This document shows positions 9,523 through 19,563 of a stretch of 64,000 nt of DNA, piece after piece. Source of the DNA: Bordetella parapertussis. Lineage in GTDB: Bacteria; Pseudomonadota; Gammaproteobacteria; Burkholderiales; SG8-41. Position numbers and translations under genes: made by a program. The stretch covers positions 3,155 through 67,154 of the forward strand of contig CAMDSO010000005.1 of the NCBI GenBank assembly GCA_945906935.1, given 5' to 3'. Below the pieces are notes generated by a model. That model was not told the DNA's origin. It saw nothing but the letters and a program-made list of their open reading frames with translations, and did no database searches. Position 1 is the first letter of the stretch. Every line of letters begins with the position of its first letter.

Positions 9523-10058
9523 TGCAGCGGCCTTTCGTAGTCTACGTTGGCCGTCAGGTGGCCGGTCAGCATGGCGATGCGTTTGATGATTTCTGAAATG
9601 CCCTGCAAGGTCAGTAGCCAGAAGCCCAGCGGGATCATTAGTTTGATCGGCCAGCGCAGGAGGCCGCCGGCGTTGCTGGAGAATTCATTCTGCAGGAATG
9701 AATTGTGGAACATCGGCCATGCCATCCAGCTGATGATGATGGTTGCCGGTAACAAAAACAGCACACCGCCAATGAGGTCGATCCAGATCTGGGTGCGGGT
9801 GGAGAGGCGGCCGTAGAGGATGTCGACCCGCACATGCTCGTTTTTTTTCAGCGTGTAGGAAGCGCCGAGCAGGATCATGGCGCCGAACATATACCACTGG
9901 ATCTCCAGCCAGGCGTTTGAGCTGATACTGAATGAGTAGCGCGAAAAGGCGTTGCCGGCGCTGATCAGGCAGGATAACAGCACCAGCCAGTCGGCAAACA
10001 CCGATACCTTTTGATTGAGCCGGTCGATTGCTGACGAAACGGTTAGCAGCACTTCCAC
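9519..10058 (-). CDS. TRAP transporter small permease (DctQ family)
   Basis: Four hydrophobic segments, and translational coupling to the large permease. I prefer the GTG start at 10058 because GGAGA lies 8 nt upstream. The track ORF extends to 10142 with an Arg/Pro-rich N-terminus that looks non-coding. Confidence 0.75.
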   Translation of the reverse strand: MEVLLTVSSAIDRLNQKVSVFADWLVLLSCLISAGNAFSRYSFSISSNAWLEIQWYMFGAMILLGASYTLKKNEHVRVDILYGRLSTRTQIWIDLIGGVLFLLPATIIISWMAWPMFHNSFLQNEFSSNAGGLLRWPIKLMIPLGFWLLTLQGISEIIKRIAMLTGHLTANVDYERPLQ

Positions 10059-10230
10059 TGTCGATTTCTCCGTGCTTGGCGGTGCGGCGACACGCGCAGG
10101 CGCCCTCCCGCGATGATACGCAAATTGCCACCGCCACGGCAAAAAATAGAAGCCTGCACCACGTTCTCGGAGGGGGGGGTAATAATGATAAAATCACTCG
10201 CTTACGAACTTAACAGCGGCCAAACACACC

Positions 10231-11478
10231 ATGTTTTCATATCAAGACAAGATTGCCTCATTCGATCCCGAACTGTGGTCAGCGATTTCGCGCGAAGTGC
10301 AGCGCCAGGAAGACCACGTCGAGTTGATCGCCTCCGAGAACTACGCCAGTCCACGCGTGCTGGAAGCACAGGGTTCGGTATTGACCAACAAATACGCCGA
10401 GGGCTATCCCGGCAAGCGCTATTACGGCGGTTGCGAGTTTGTCGACGTCGCCGAGCAGCTGGCGATCGACCGCGCGAAAAAATTGTTCGGCGCCGAATAC
10501 GCCAACGTGCAGCCGCATTCGGGTTCGCAGGCCAACTTTGCCGTGTATACGGCGATGCTCAAACCCGGCGACACCATCCTCGGCATGTCGCTGGCCCACG
10601 GCGGGCATCTGACCCACGGTGCCTCGGTCAATCTTTCTGGCAAACTCTACAAAGTGGTCACCTACGGGCTTGATCCGAAAACCGAGGCGATTGATTACGT
10701 CGAGGTCGAGCGCCTGGCGCATGAACACAAACCGAAAATGATCGTCACCGGCGCTTCTGCTTATGCGCTGGTAATCGACTGGAAGCGTTTTCGCGCCATT
10801 GCCGACAGCGTCGGCGCCTTGCTGTTGTCGGATATCGCCCACTATTCTGGGCTGGTGGCGGCCGGCGTGTATCCCTCGCCAGTCGGCATTGCCGACTTTG
10901 TGACGAGCACCACGCACAAGACGTTACGTGGTCCGCGCGGCGGTTTGATTTTGTCTGGCGCGCAGCATGAGAAGGTGCTCAATTCGGCGATCTTTCCCGC
11001 GACGCAGGGTGGTCCGCTGATGCATGTGATCGCCGCCAAGGCGGTGGCTTTTCAGGAAGCGCTGCAGCCCGACTTCAAGGTCTACCAGCAAAAGGTGCTC
11101 GACAATGCAAAGACGCTGGCCGAGGGCCTGATCAAGCGCGGTCTGCGTATCGTCTCCGGGCGCACGGATTGCCATTTGTTCCTGCTCGATCTGCAGGCGA
11201 AGAACATCACCGGCAAGGAAGCCGAGAACGTGCTTGGGCGCGCGCATATCACCGTCAATAAAAACGCCATTCCGAACGATCCGCAAAAGCCGATGGTCAC
11301 CAGTGGCATACGCCTCGGTTCGCCGGCGATCACCACGCGTGGTTTTGGTGCCGCGGAAACCAGCCAGCTCGCCGGCCTGATTGCCGATGTGCTCGATGCG
11401 CCGGCCGACGAAGCGGTGATCGCGCGTGTTGCCAATGCGGTGAAGGCGATCTGCGCGAAGCTGCCGGTGTATGCGTGA
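10231..11478 (+). CDS. glyA: Serine hydroxymethyltransferase
   Basis: 415 aa with ELIASENY, the PLP-lysine motif [12 protein letters not shown], and full-length collinearity with GlyA. Confidence 0.97.
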   Translation: MFSYQDKIASFDPELWSAISREVQRQEDHVELIASENYASPRVLEAQGSVLTNKYAEGYPGKRYYGGCEFVDVAEQLAIDRAKKLFGAEYANVQPHSGSQANFAVYTAMLKPGDTILGMSLAHGGHLTHGASVNLSGKLYKVVTYGLDPKTEAIDYVEVERLAHEHKPKMIVTGASAYALVIDWKRFRAIADSVGALLLSDIAHYSGLVAAGVYPSPVGIADFVTSTTHKTLRGPRGGLILSGAQHEKVLNSAIFPATQGGPLMHVIAAKAVAFQEALQPDFKVYQQKVLDNAKTLAEGLIKRGLRIVSGRTDCHLFLLDLQAKNITGKEAENVLGRAHITVNKNAIPNDPQKPMVTSGIRLGSPAITTRGFGAAETSQLAGLIADVLDAPADEAVIARVANAVKAICAKLPVYA

Positions 11479-11556
11479 GGCGTGATTGGTGAGGCCTGGG
11501 GCGGAGCGATCTTTGACGCGCAGGCGCAGCGGTTCAGCTTGCGCCCACCTCACGCC
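11479..11556. repeat. Imperfect extragenic palindrome directly after the glyA stop (arms GGCGTGA-TT-GGTG / CACC-TCACGCC)
   Basis: GGCGTGA (11479-11485) pairs with TCACGCC (11550-11556), and GGTG (11488-11491) pairs with CACC (11546-11549). It could be a glyA terminator-like or REP-like element. There is no U-tract. Confidence 0.4.
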
Positions 11557-11582
11557 TGACGCCTGGCGCATCACGAACTGAC

Positions 11583-12044
11583 ATGCATTGTCCGTTCTGT
11601 AAAGACGAAAACACGCAGGTCATCGACTCACGTGTCAGCGAGCCCGGCGATAGCATCCGCCGTCGCCGCCGTTGTCCGGCATGCAACAAGCGCTTCACGA
11701 CCTATGAAACGGTCGAGTTACGCCTGCCACAAGTCGTCAAGCAGGATGGTAGTCGTACTGAATTTGATCAGCAGAAATTGCGCACCGGCTTTATGCGCGC
11801 GCTACACAAGCGGCCGGTGCCGACGCCGCTGGTTGATGAGGCCATCCTCGCCATTACGCAGGAGTTGCTGGCGCTGGGCGAGCGCGAACTGCCGTCGCGG
11901 CGCGTTGGTGAGATGGTGATGAAGGAGCTCTACAAGCTCGACGACGTTGCTTATATTCGTTTCGCCTCGGTCTACAAGAGTTTCCAGGATATCGACGATT
12001 TTCAGGATGCCATCAAGGAAGTGCGTAAACCGGTTAAGAAGTGA
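11583..12044 (+). CDS. nrdR: Transcriptional repressor NrdR
   Basis: Starts MHCPFC, with a second Cys pair [12 protein letters not shown] (zinc ribbon) and an ATP-cone C-terminal part. The position between glyA and ribD is conserved. Confidence 0.95.
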   Translation: MHCPFCKDENTQVIDSRVSEPGDSIRRRRRCPACNKRFTTYETVELRLPQVVKQDGSRTEFDQQKLRTGFMRALHKRPVPTPLVDEAILAITQELLALGERELPSRRVGEMVMKELYKLDDVAYIRFASVYKSFQDIDDFQDAIKEVRKPVKK

Positions 12045-12132
12045 AGTTTGAAGAGCCCTGGCCTCAAGAATCGAAGTGCATCAGGACCAAAGAAGCAGAG
12101 CTCACTCCTAACCCTTTACGCTTCACGCAATC

Positions 12133-13209
12133 ATGACTGACAACGATTACATGACACGCGCACTGGCGCTGGCTGCACGCGGTCTGTGGACGACCACGCC
12201 GAATCCGCGTGTCGGTTGTGTCATCGTGCGCGACGGCGAGGTCGTTGGCGAGGGCTGGCATGCGCGCGCCGGCGGGCCGCACGCCGAGGTCGTCGCCTTG
12301 CAGGCGGCTGGTGCGCGTGCGCGTGGCGCCACCGCCTACGTCACTCTCGAACCCTGTCATCACCACGGCCGCACACCGCCCTGCGATGAAGCACTGATCG
12401 CAGCCGGATTGCATCGCGTGGTGGCGGCGATGCAGGACCCCGATCCGCGTACCGCCGGGCAGGGGCTTGCGCGCTTGCGCGCTACGGGCATTCTTACCGA
12501 CTGTGGCGTCGGTAAGGACGCTGCGCGTGAACTCAACATCGGCTTTATCTCGCGGCTGACGCGCGGTCGTCCGTGGGTGCGCGTGAAGATCGCGGCCAGT
12601 CTGGACGGACGCACGGCGCTCAACAACGGTGCCAGCCAATGGATCACCGGCGCAGCGGCGCGACTCGATGGACATCAATGGCGGGCCCGCGCTTGTGCGC
12701 TGCTCACCGGCATCGGCACCGTGAAGAGTGACGATCCGCAACTCAATGTGCGCGAGGTGCCGACTACGCGTCAGCCGCTGCGCGTGATCATCGATAGCCG
12801 GCTGGAGACGCTACCGACGGCCAAGATTTTGGCTGGTGGCGGCAGCTTGCTGTTTTGCGCGCGCGATGATGCGGCGAAAAGCGCAGCCTTGCGCGAGGCC
12901 GGTGCGGAGATCGTTGTGCTGCCCAATACGGCGGGCAAGGTCGAACTGCCGGCGCTGCTGCAGGAGCTGGGCCGGCGCGGCATCAACGAACTGCACGTCG
13001 AGGCTGGTCACAAGCTCAACGGCTCGCTGATCCGCGAAGGTTGTGTCGACGAGTTGTTGTTGTATCTCGCGCCCTGTCTGCTCGGCGATCGCGCCCAGGG
13101 TATGGCTGATCTGGATGAACTAACCACGCTGCAGGCGCGACGCGCGCTACGCATACACGAAACGCGCATGATCGATGGTGATCTGCGCATCATTGTAAGG
13201 ATGGCATGA
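12133..13209 (+). CDS. ribD: Bifunctional diaminohydroxyphosphoribosylaminopyrimidine deaminase / 5-amino-6-(5-phosphoribosylamino)uracil reductase
   Basis: Deaminase zinc motifs HAEVVAL and EPCHHHGRTPPC, followed by a reductase domain (KIAASLDGRTA). 358 aa. Confidence 0.95.
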   Translation: MTDNDYMTRALALAARGLWTTTPNPRVGCVIVRDGEVVGEGWHARAGGPHAEVVALQAAGARARGATAYVTLEPCHHHGRTPPCDEALIAAGLHRVVAAMQDPDPRTAGQGLARLRATGILTDCGVGKDAARELNIGFISRLTRGRPWVRVKIAASLDGRTALNNGASQWITGAAARLDGHQWRARACALLTGIGTVKSDDPQLNVREVPTTRQPLRVIIDSRLETLPTAKILAGGGSLLFCARDDAAKSAALREAGAEIVVLPNTAGKVELPALLQELGRRGINELHVEAGHKLNGSLIREGCVDELLLYLAPCLLGDRAQGMADLDELTTLQARRALRIHETRMIDGDLRIIVRMA

Positions 13210-13799
13210 TGTTTACCGGCATTATTCAGGCGGTGGGCAAGGTTGGCGCGGTGTCGCCGACATCAGGGGGCGCGCGGGTCGGACTCGACAGCGGCGCGCT
13301 TGATCTTGGTGGCGTCAAACTCGGTGACAGTATCGCCGTCAACGGTGCTTGTCTCACCGTGGTCGGGCTGGCTACGCCGCGACTGGCATTCGACGTCTCG
13401 CGTGAAACGCTGGCCTGCACCGCCGGCTTTACGCCAGGGGCGGCGGTCAATCTGGAAAAATCGCTGCGCGTTGGCGACGGTCTCGACGGACATATTGTCA
13501 GCGGCCACATCGACGGCGTTGGCGTCGTCACGCGTATTACCGCCGAGGGGGACAACCGCAGAATCGCCTTCGAAGTGCCGCGCGAACTGGCAAAATACGT
13601 CGCCCGCAAGGGTTCGGTTGCGGTTGACGGCGTGAGTCTCACCGTCAACGCGGTAAATGGATGTGGGTTTGAGGTCAATTTGATTCCGCACACGCTGGCG
13701 CATACCAATCTCGGTGTGCTGGCGGCGGGCGCGAAAGTAAACATCGAAGTCGATACGCTGGCGCGCTACGCCGAGCGTTTGTCGCAATTTAAGGAGTGA
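13206..13799 (+). CDS. ribE: Riboflavin synthase
   Basis: Starts MFTGII, with internally duplicated lumazine-binding halves (GDSIAVNGACLTV / GSVAVDGVSLTV). There is an ATGA overlap with the ribD stop. Confidence 0.95.
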   Translation: MMFTGIIQAVGKVGAVSPTSGGARVGLDSGALDLGGVKLGDSIAVNGACLTVVGLATPRLAFDVSRETLACTAGFTPGAAVNLEKSLRVGDGLDGHIVSGHIDGVGVVTRITAEGDNRRIAFEVPRELAKYVARKGSVAVDGVSLTVNAVNGCGFEVNLIPHTLAHTNLGVLAAGAKVNIEVDTLARYAERLSQFKE

Positions 13800-13800
13800 C

Positions 13801-14901
13801 ATGGCAATCAGCCCCGTACCGGAAATCATCGCCGACATGCGTGCCGGCAAAATGGTCATTCTTGTTGACGAGGAAGACCGCGAGAACGAGGGTGACCTGG
13901 TGCAGGCCGCCGAGTTCGTTACGCCGGAGACGATCAATTTTATGGCGCGCTACGGGCGCGGCCTGATCTGCCTGACCCTGACCGAGGAAAAATGCCGGCA
14001 GCTCAATCTGCCTTTGATGGTCTCAAACAACAACTCGCCGCTGGGCACCAACTTTACCGTCTCGATTGAGGCCGCCGAGGGCGTGACGACGGGGATTTCG
14101 GCGGCCGATCGTGCGCGTACGGTGCAGACAGCGGTACGCGCCGACGCTGGCCCCGTGGATATCGTCCAGCCTGGGCATATTTTTCCGTTGAAGGCGCAGA
14201 ACGGAGGCGTGCTGGTGCGCGCCGGGCATACCGAGGCGGGTTGTGATCTGGCGCAGATGGCCGGTGTCGCGCCGGCCGCGGTGATTTGTGAAATCCTCAA
14301 GGAAGACGGCGAGATGGCACGCCTTCCGGATTTAATCGAGTTCGGCAAACAGCACGGCATCAAGATCGGCACCATCGCCGATTTGATTCAATATCGCAGT
14401 CGCACCGAATCGCTGGTGCAGCGCGTGTCCGAGCGCGAGGTCGATACCGTGCAGGGCAAATTCAAACTGGTGGTCTACAGCGACCGCATCGGCAACGCCA
14501 CGCATCTGGCCCTCGTGCGTGGCGAGATGCAGCCCGGCCGCGAGGCGCTGGTGCGCGTGCACGAGCCGCTGTCAGTGATTGATCTGCTCGATGTGAAGAG
14601 CGCCAGTCATTCGTGGAATTTCAACCGTGCGCTGGCGGCGGTGGCACGTTCCGAATGCGGCGTCATTGTTCTGTTGCACCGACCAGAGACCGCCGTCGAT
14701 CTGGCCGCGCGCGCGCTGCCTGGTGCGATTGCGGTGAATCCGAAAAACGCGCTGCGCACCTACGGTATCGGTGCACAGATACTGCGTGATTTGAAGGTGA
14801 CGAAAATGCGGTTGCTGTCCAAGCCGCGTAGAATGCCGAGCATGGCCGGTTTCGACCTGCAGGTCACCGGTTACCTGCAACCGGAAGACGAGCCGCTTTG
14901 A
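13801..14901 (+). CDS. ribBA: 3,4-dihydroxy-2-butanone-4-phosphate synthase fused to a degenerate GTP-cyclohydrolase-II-like domain
   Basis: The N-terminal half has the RibB motifs [12 protein letters not shown] and GHTEAG. The C-terminal half is RibA-like in length and pattern but has no Cys triad (see findings). Confidence 0.9.
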   Translation: MAISPVPEIIADMRAGKMVILVDEEDRENEGDLVQAAEFVTPETINFMARYGRGLICLTLTEEKCRQLNLPLMVSNNNSPLGTNFTVSIEAAEGVTTGISAADRARTVQTAVRADAGPVDIVQPGHIFPLKAQNGGVLVRAGHTEAGCDLAQMAGVAPAAVICEILKEDGEMARLPDLIEFGKQHGIKIGTIADLIQYRSRTESLVQRVSEREVDTVQGKFKLVVYSDRIGNATHLALVRGEMQPGREALVRVHEPLSVIDLLDVKSASHSWNFNRALAAVARSECGVIVLLHRPETAVDLAARALPGAIAVNPKNALRTYGIGAQILRDLKVTKMRLLSKPRRMPSMAGFDLQVTGYLQPEDEPL

Positions 14902-15009
14902 TTTTTTCGAGGGATAGACTTTTATCCTCGTGCTTCCCGCAGGGGAGTGCGGATGGAACGCAGCGCGCTGCCCTTTCGAGCGCCGCCGAACGACCAGGAA
15001 AGCGATGAC

Positions 15010-15486
15010 ATGTCCGATTACGATTCCATCGAAGAAATAGACATCAACAAGGACGGCGCGGGTCTGCGCATTGGCATCGTGGCGGCGCGTTTTAATGCCG
15101 ATGTCTCCGACGGCTTGCTCGCTGGCTGCACCGCTGAACTGGCGAAACTGGGGGTACGTCAGGCCGATATTCTGATCGTCACAGTGCCGGGTGCGCTCGA
15201 ACTGCCGCTGGCTTTGCAGACCATGGCCGAGAGTGACGAATACGATGCACTGGTTGCACTCGGCGCGGTGATCCGTGGCGAAACCTACCATTTCGAAATT
15301 GTGTCGAATGAATCAGCGCGCGGCATTATGGAAGTGCAGCTCGAAACCGGCGTGCCGATCGCCAATGGCGTGCTGACCACGGAAAACGACGAGCAGGCCG
15401 AAGTGCGCATGATGCAGAAGGGCGCTGATTGCGCCGCCGCGGCCGTTGAACTGGCCACTCTGCTTAAAACCATCGGCAAATCGTGA
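15010..15486 (+). CDS. ribH: 6,7-dimethyl-8-ribityllumazine synthase
   Basis: Motifs [11 protein letters not shown] and VPGALELP. I chose the internal ATG at 15010 ([16 protein letters not shown]...) over the track start at 14947 (GTG). The exact start is uncertain. Confidence 0.9.
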   Translation: MSDYDSIEEIDINKDGAGLRIGIVAARFNADVSDGLLAGCTAELAKLGVRQADILIVTVPGALELPLALQTMAESDEYDALVALGAVIRGETYHFEIVSNESARGIMEVQLETGVPIANGVLTTENDEQAEVRMMQKGADCAAAAVELATLLKTIGKS

Positions 15487-15962
15487 TGGCGGAAGAAGCG
15501 CTGCCCGCGGGCAGAACGGCACCGCGCCGCGTGGCGCCGCGCAGTGCACGCCGGCGTTCGCGCGAGTTTGCATTGCAGGGGCTTTATCAGTGGCAGCTGG
15601 CGGGCGCCGGCGTCAACGAGATCAAACAGCATCTGGCTACCGTCAAGGGTTTTGATCGTGCCGACGAAGCGTATTTTTCGGCATTGCTCTCGGGCGTCAT
15701 TGAATATGCGGCGAGTCTTGAAGTTGCGCTGCAACCGTATCTTGACCGCAAATTTGTCGAGTTAAGTCCGATCGAACGCGCGATCCTTTTGATTGCAGCG
15801 TTTGAGTTGTCCAACCTGCCGGAGGTGCCTTATCCAGTGGTGATCAACGAGGCGGTTGAGCTGGCAAAAAGTTATGGTGGCACCGATGGTCACAAATATG
15901 TGAACGGTGTTCTGGATAAACTGGCCGTGCTGGCGCGGCCCGGTGAAGTGCGTGCAAGGTAA
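15483..15962 (+). CDS. nusB: Transcription antitermination factor NusB
   Basis: Arg-rich N-terminus followed by [11 protein letters not shown], and C-terminal NGVLDK. Overlaps the ribH stop. Confidence 0.95.
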   Translation: MMAEEALPAGRTAPRRVAPRSARRRSREFALQGLYQWQLAGAGVNEIKQHLATVKGFDRADEAYFSALLSGVIEYAASLEVALQPYLDRKFVELSPIERAILLIAAFELSNLPEVPYPVVINEAVELAKSYGGTDGHKYVNGVLDKLAVLARPGEVRAR

Positions 15963-16222
15963 TGGGGTGCAGGATGAACGACAAGATTAAAACCAGAATC
16001 ATTATTTTTTATATCAGCGGCATCTTCAATGCGCTGCTTGGGTTGTATGTGGTGTTTGAAGGCCCGTCCTTTCTGCCTGAAGACCAGATCAAAATGCTGA
16101 CGCTGGTTTTTCTGGGCTTCGCGGTCGTGAACTTCTACATGGCTTCATATCTGAAACGGAAAGCAAGGGCAGCGTTGACCGCCAGCCAGTCGCAAAACGA
16201 CGGTGGCAAGCCGGCGGCCTGA
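15962..16222 (+). CDS. Hypothetical small membrane protein (two predicted TM helices)
   Basis: 86-aa ORF (82 aa from the second ATG at 15974). It has two hydrophobic stretches (IIIFYISGIFNALLGLYVVF and LTLVFLGFAVVNFYMASYL) and a basic, polar tail. GC content is visibly lower than in the flanking genes. Its ATG overlaps the nusB TAA by 1 nt. Confidence 0.5.
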   Translation: MGCRMNDKIKTRIIIFYISGIFNALLGLYVVFEGPSFLPEDQIKMLTLVFLGFAVVNFYMASYLKRKARAALTASQSQNDGGKPAA

Positions 16223-16382
16223 GCGCGCCTTAGTCACACAGGGGGTTTGCGCTTGATGTGCTGATGTGCTGAGGGGCTGGCGAGTGGCTGCCTGATTGGA
16301 TCACGTGACCGGTGCCCTATTTTACTGATCGCAAGTACGATGTGCCGCCACTACTGTCACGACATGGAGCCGTGTTTCCGCG

Positions 16383-17354
16383 ATGACACCTGAATTTGAC
16401 CTGATTGCCCGTTACTTCACCCATCCCGCACGCGGCGCGGTGCTCGGCGTGGGTGACGATTGCGCACTGATGCGGGCGCGCGCGGGTCACGAGCTAGCAG
16501 TCTCCGCCGACATGTTGGTCGAGGGCCGGCATTTTTTTCGCGGTGCCGATGCACGTGCGCTCGGACACAAAACGCTGGCGGTGAATCTCTCTGATATGGC
16601 GGCAATGGGGGCCACACCGCGCTGGGCCACGCTGGCGCTGGCCCTGCCGCGCGTGGATGCCGGCTGGCTGCGCGACTTTTCCGCTGGTTTCATGGCGCTG
16701 GCGCGCAAACACAAGGTGGATCTGGTGGGCGGCGATACGACCCGCGGCCCGCTTAATCTCTGCGTGCAAATCATGGGCGAGGTGCCGCGCGGCAAAGCCT
16801 TGCGTCGCGATGGTGCGCGCGCCGGCGATGAAGTCTGGGTGTCCGGTCGCATTGGTGATGCGGCGCTGGCGCTGGCGGCGTTGCAGCAAAAAATTCGCCT
16901 AAGCGCGGCGGAACGGGTGGCCTGTGAGAAACGTTTGCATCAGCCGCAGCCGCGCGTGGCGCTGGGGCTGGCGCTACGCGGCATCGCCCACAGCGCGATC
17001 GATATCTCCGACGGCCTGCTGGCTGACCTCGGGCATATTCTCGAGCGTTCGAAATGTGCCGCTGAGATCGAATTTGATGCGCTGCCTGTTTCTGCGCTGC
17101 TCTGCCGTCATCTTGAATCGGTGATCGGTTGTCGCGCTCTGCTTGCAGGGGGCGATGATTATGAATTGTGTTTTACCGCTTCCCTGCGCAATCATGCCCG
17201 TGTGCGGGCGGCAGCCTTGCGTGCCGGGGTCCGCGTTACGCCGGTCGGGCGGATCAAAGCGTTGCGGCGTGGCGTGCCTGCCTTGCTGGTGCGCGCGCCC
17301 GACGGCACGCCGCTGCGGCTCTCCGGGCACGGAGGCTTTGATCACTTTGGCTGA
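16383..17354 (+). CDS. thiL: Thiamine-monophosphate kinase
   Basis: Motifs GVGDDCAL and LVGGDTTRGP, and the AIR-synthase-like fold pattern. 323 aa. Confidence 0.9.
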   Translation: MTPEFDLIARYFTHPARGAVLGVGDDCALMRARAGHELAVSADMLVEGRHFFRGADARALGHKTLAVNLSDMAAMGATPRWATLALALPRVDAGWLRDFSAGFMALARKHKVDLVGGDTTRGPLNLCVQIMGEVPRGKALRRDGARAGDEVWVSGRIGDAALALAALQQKIRLSAAERVACEKRLHQPQPRVALGLALRGIAHSAIDISDGLLADLGHILERSKCAAEIEFDALPVSALLCRHLESVIGCRALLAGGDDYELCFTASLRNHARVRAAALRAGVRVTPVGRIKALRRGVPALLVRAPDGTPLRLSGHGGFDHFG

Positions 17355-17844
17355 ACCGGTGCGTGGTTTGAACATCCGTTTTTTGCTGCAACATCCGGCG
17401 CACTTCATTGCGCTCGGCGCCGGCAGCGGGCTGGTCCGTCATGCGCCCGGCACCGCCGGCACGCTGGCGGCGTTTCCGCTGTATGCGTTGTCGCTGGTTT
17501 ATTGCACGCCGCTACAGCAGCTCGTCCTGATTGCCGGTGCCTTTGTGTTGGGTATTTGGGCTTGCGCCCGCACTGGTGAGTCGCTGGGTGTGGCCGACCC
17601 CGGCGCGATCGTTTGGGATGAAATCGTCGCCTTCATGCTGGTTTTGTTTTTCACGCCGGTCGGTTATGTCTGGCAGTTCGCTGCTTTTGTGCTGTTTCGC
17701 TTTTTTGATATCGTCAAGCCGCAGCCGATTCGTTACTTTGACCGCAAACTGAAGAGCGGTTTTGGCGTGATGTTCGACGACTTTCTGGCGGCGTTTTATA
17801 CGCTGATCGTGCTGGCAATCGCACGCAATTTTTTTCCGGGGTGA
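17338..17844 (+). CDS. pgpA: Phosphatidylglycerophosphatase A
   Basis: Motifs GTAGTLAA.P...L and WDEIVAF, with a hydrophobic C-terminus. The track ORF (17143) starts inside thiL. The plausible starts are TTG 17338 or GTG 17359. Confidence 0.8.
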   Translation: MITLAEPVRGLNIRFLLQHPAHFIALGAGSGLVRHAPGTAGTLAAFPLYALSLVYCTPLQQLVLIAGAFVLGIWACARTGESLGVADPGAIVWDEIVAFMLVLFFTPVGYVWQFAAFVLFRFFDIVKPQPIRYFDRKLKSGFGVMFDDFLAAFYTLIVLAIARNFFPG

Positions 17845-18350
17845 TGATGGACCATGAACTCTACGAATTGGGCAAGCAGGTCGGCGCCGCGCTCAAAAAA
17901 AACGAATGTGTATTGACTACCGCCGAGTCCTGCACCGGCGGCTGGATTGGCGAAGTCGTCACCATGGTGTCCGGCAGCTCGGCGTGGTACGACCGCGGCT
18001 TTATTACGTATACCAATGCGGCCAAGCAGCAGATGCTTGGCGTTAAGGCGGAGACCTTACGCGAACACGGCGCGGTGTCCGAGCCGGTGGTGCGTGAAAT
18101 GGTTGCGGGCGCACTGGCGGCGAGTCGCGCCCACATCGCCGTTTCGGTCAGTGGCGTCGCCGGTCCCACCGGTGGCACAGCGGACAAACCAGTTGGCACG
18201 GTGTGTATCGGCTGGGCGCGCAAGGGCGGGGCGGTGGCAACTGAATTGCGTGCCGAGACCTGCCATTTCGACGGCGATCGTGAAGCGGTGCGCAGGCAGA
18301 GCGTTATCCGGGCGCTGCAGGGTGTGCTTGAGATGGCTGCAATAAATTAA
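17841..18350 (+). CDS. pncC: CinA C-terminal domain protein / nicotinamide-nucleotide amidohydrolase PncC
   Basis: 169 aa with TAESCTGG and SVSGVAGPTGG motifs. Located immediately upstream of recA, as is common. Confidence 0.85.
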   Translation: MMMDHELYELGKQVGAALKKNECVLTTAESCTGGWIGEVVTMVSGSSAWYDRGFITYTNAAKQQMLGVKAETLREHGAVSEPVVREMVAGALAASRAHIAVSVSGVAGPTGGTADKPVGTVCIGWARKGGAVATELRAETCHFDGDREAVRRQSVIRALQGVLEMAAIN

Positions 18351-18513
18351 GGGGTGCTTTTGTCTAGCTCATCCAGTGAGCTAGTGAGTGGGCATAATCG
18401 GTTGCATTGAACGGCGATTTAATACTGAAGACTTAGCTGTCATCCGGGCTTTTTAACGCCGCGTTGATCGTGATGGGTATGCGATAATCTTGAAGGCTTA
18501 ACTGGGGCAAATC

Positions 18514-19563
18514 ATGGACGAAAATAGAAGCAAGGCACTGGCGGCGGCGTTGTCGCAGATTGAAAAGCAGTTCGGCAAGGGTTCCATCATGCGTCTTGGT
18601 GAAGCCGATGTCGCCAGGGATATCCAGGTGGTGTCGACCGGCTCGCTGGGGCTCGATATCGCGCTGGGCGTGGGCGGTCTGCCGCGTGGCCGCATCATCG
18701 AAATCTACGGGCCGGAATCTTCGGGCAAAACGACGCTGACGCTGTCGGTGATTGCGCAAATGCAGAAGATCGGCGGCACCGCGGCCTTCATCGATGCCGA
18801 ACACGCGCTCGACCCGCAATACGCGCAGAAGCTCGGCGTCAATGTGCAGGATCTGCTGATCTCGCAGCCGGATAACGGTGAGCAGGGGCTTGAAATCGCC
18901 GACATGCTGGTGCGCTCCGGCTCGGTCGATATCGTTGTCGTCGACTCAGTGGCGGCGCTGACGCCGAAGTCTGAAATCGAAGGCGAGATGGGCCAGCCGC
19001 AGATGGGCCTGCATGCGCGCCTGATGTCGCAGGCGCTGCGCAAATTGACCGGCAATATCAGCCGTTCAAACACCACGGTCATCTTCATTAATCAAATCCG
19101 TATGAAGATCGGCGTCATGTTCGGCAACCCTGAAACTACCACCGGCGGCAATGCGCTTAAGTTCTATGCCTCGGTGCGGATCGACATCCGCCGCACTGGC
19201 GCTATCAAGAAGGGCGAAGAGGTCATCGGTTCGGAAACGCGCGCCAAGGTTGTGAAGAACAAGGTGGCGCCGCCGTTCAAGCAGGCCAACTTCGACATTC
19301 TCTATGGCGAAGGCATTTCGCGTGAAGGCGAGATCATCGAGCTTGGCGTCGAACACAAGATTATCGACAAGGCGGGCGCCTGGTACAGCTATGGCAAGGA
19401 ACGTATCGGCCAGGGCAAGGACAACACGCGCGAATATCTGCGTGATCATGCCGAGATGGCCAACGAGATCGACGCCAAGATCCGCGCCGCACTCGGTGTG
19501 ACGGCGGTGGCGGCTGGAGCCGGCGGTGGATCCGAACCAGCCGACGACGCAGAAGAAGAGTAA
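18514..19563 (+). CDS. recA: Recombinase RecA
   Basis: Motifs [18 protein letters not shown] and Walker [11 protein letters not shown], plus the L1/L2 regions. 349 aa. Confidence 0.98.
   Translation: MDENRSKALAAALSQIEKQFGKGSIMRLGEADVARDIQVVSTGSLGLDIALGVGGLPRGRIIEIYGPESSGKTTLTLSVIAQMQKIGGTAAFIDAEHALDPQYAQKLGVNVQDLLISQPDNGEQGLEIADMLVRSGSVDIVVVDSVAALTPKSEIEGEMGQPQMGLHARLMSQALRKLTGNISRSNTTVIFINQIRMKIGVMFGNPETTTGGNALKFYASVRIDIRRTGAIKKGEEVIGSETRAKVVKNKVAPPFKQANFDILYGEGISREGEIIELGVEHKIIDKAGAWYSYGKERIGQGKDNTREYLRDHAEMANEIDAKIRAALGVTAVAAGAGGGSEPADDAEEE

Noticed and set aside
16255-16270. Tandem duplication GATGTGCT-GATGTGCT in the spacer upstream of thiL.
   Set aside because: It has only two copies of 8 nt with no further periodicity or flanking repeats. 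This is most simply a slippage duplication and not a repeat array.
18351-18513. I looked for a LexA/SOS box (CTGT-N8-ACAG) upstream of recA.
   Set aside because: The nearest candidate is TACTGAAGACTTAGCTGTCA (about 18423-18442), which reads CTGA-N8-CTGT and not a palindromic CTGT-N8-ACAG. No convincing box was found. The CTAGCTCA-tccag-TGAGCTAG hairpin at 18364-18384 is more likely a transcript-end or REP-like structure.
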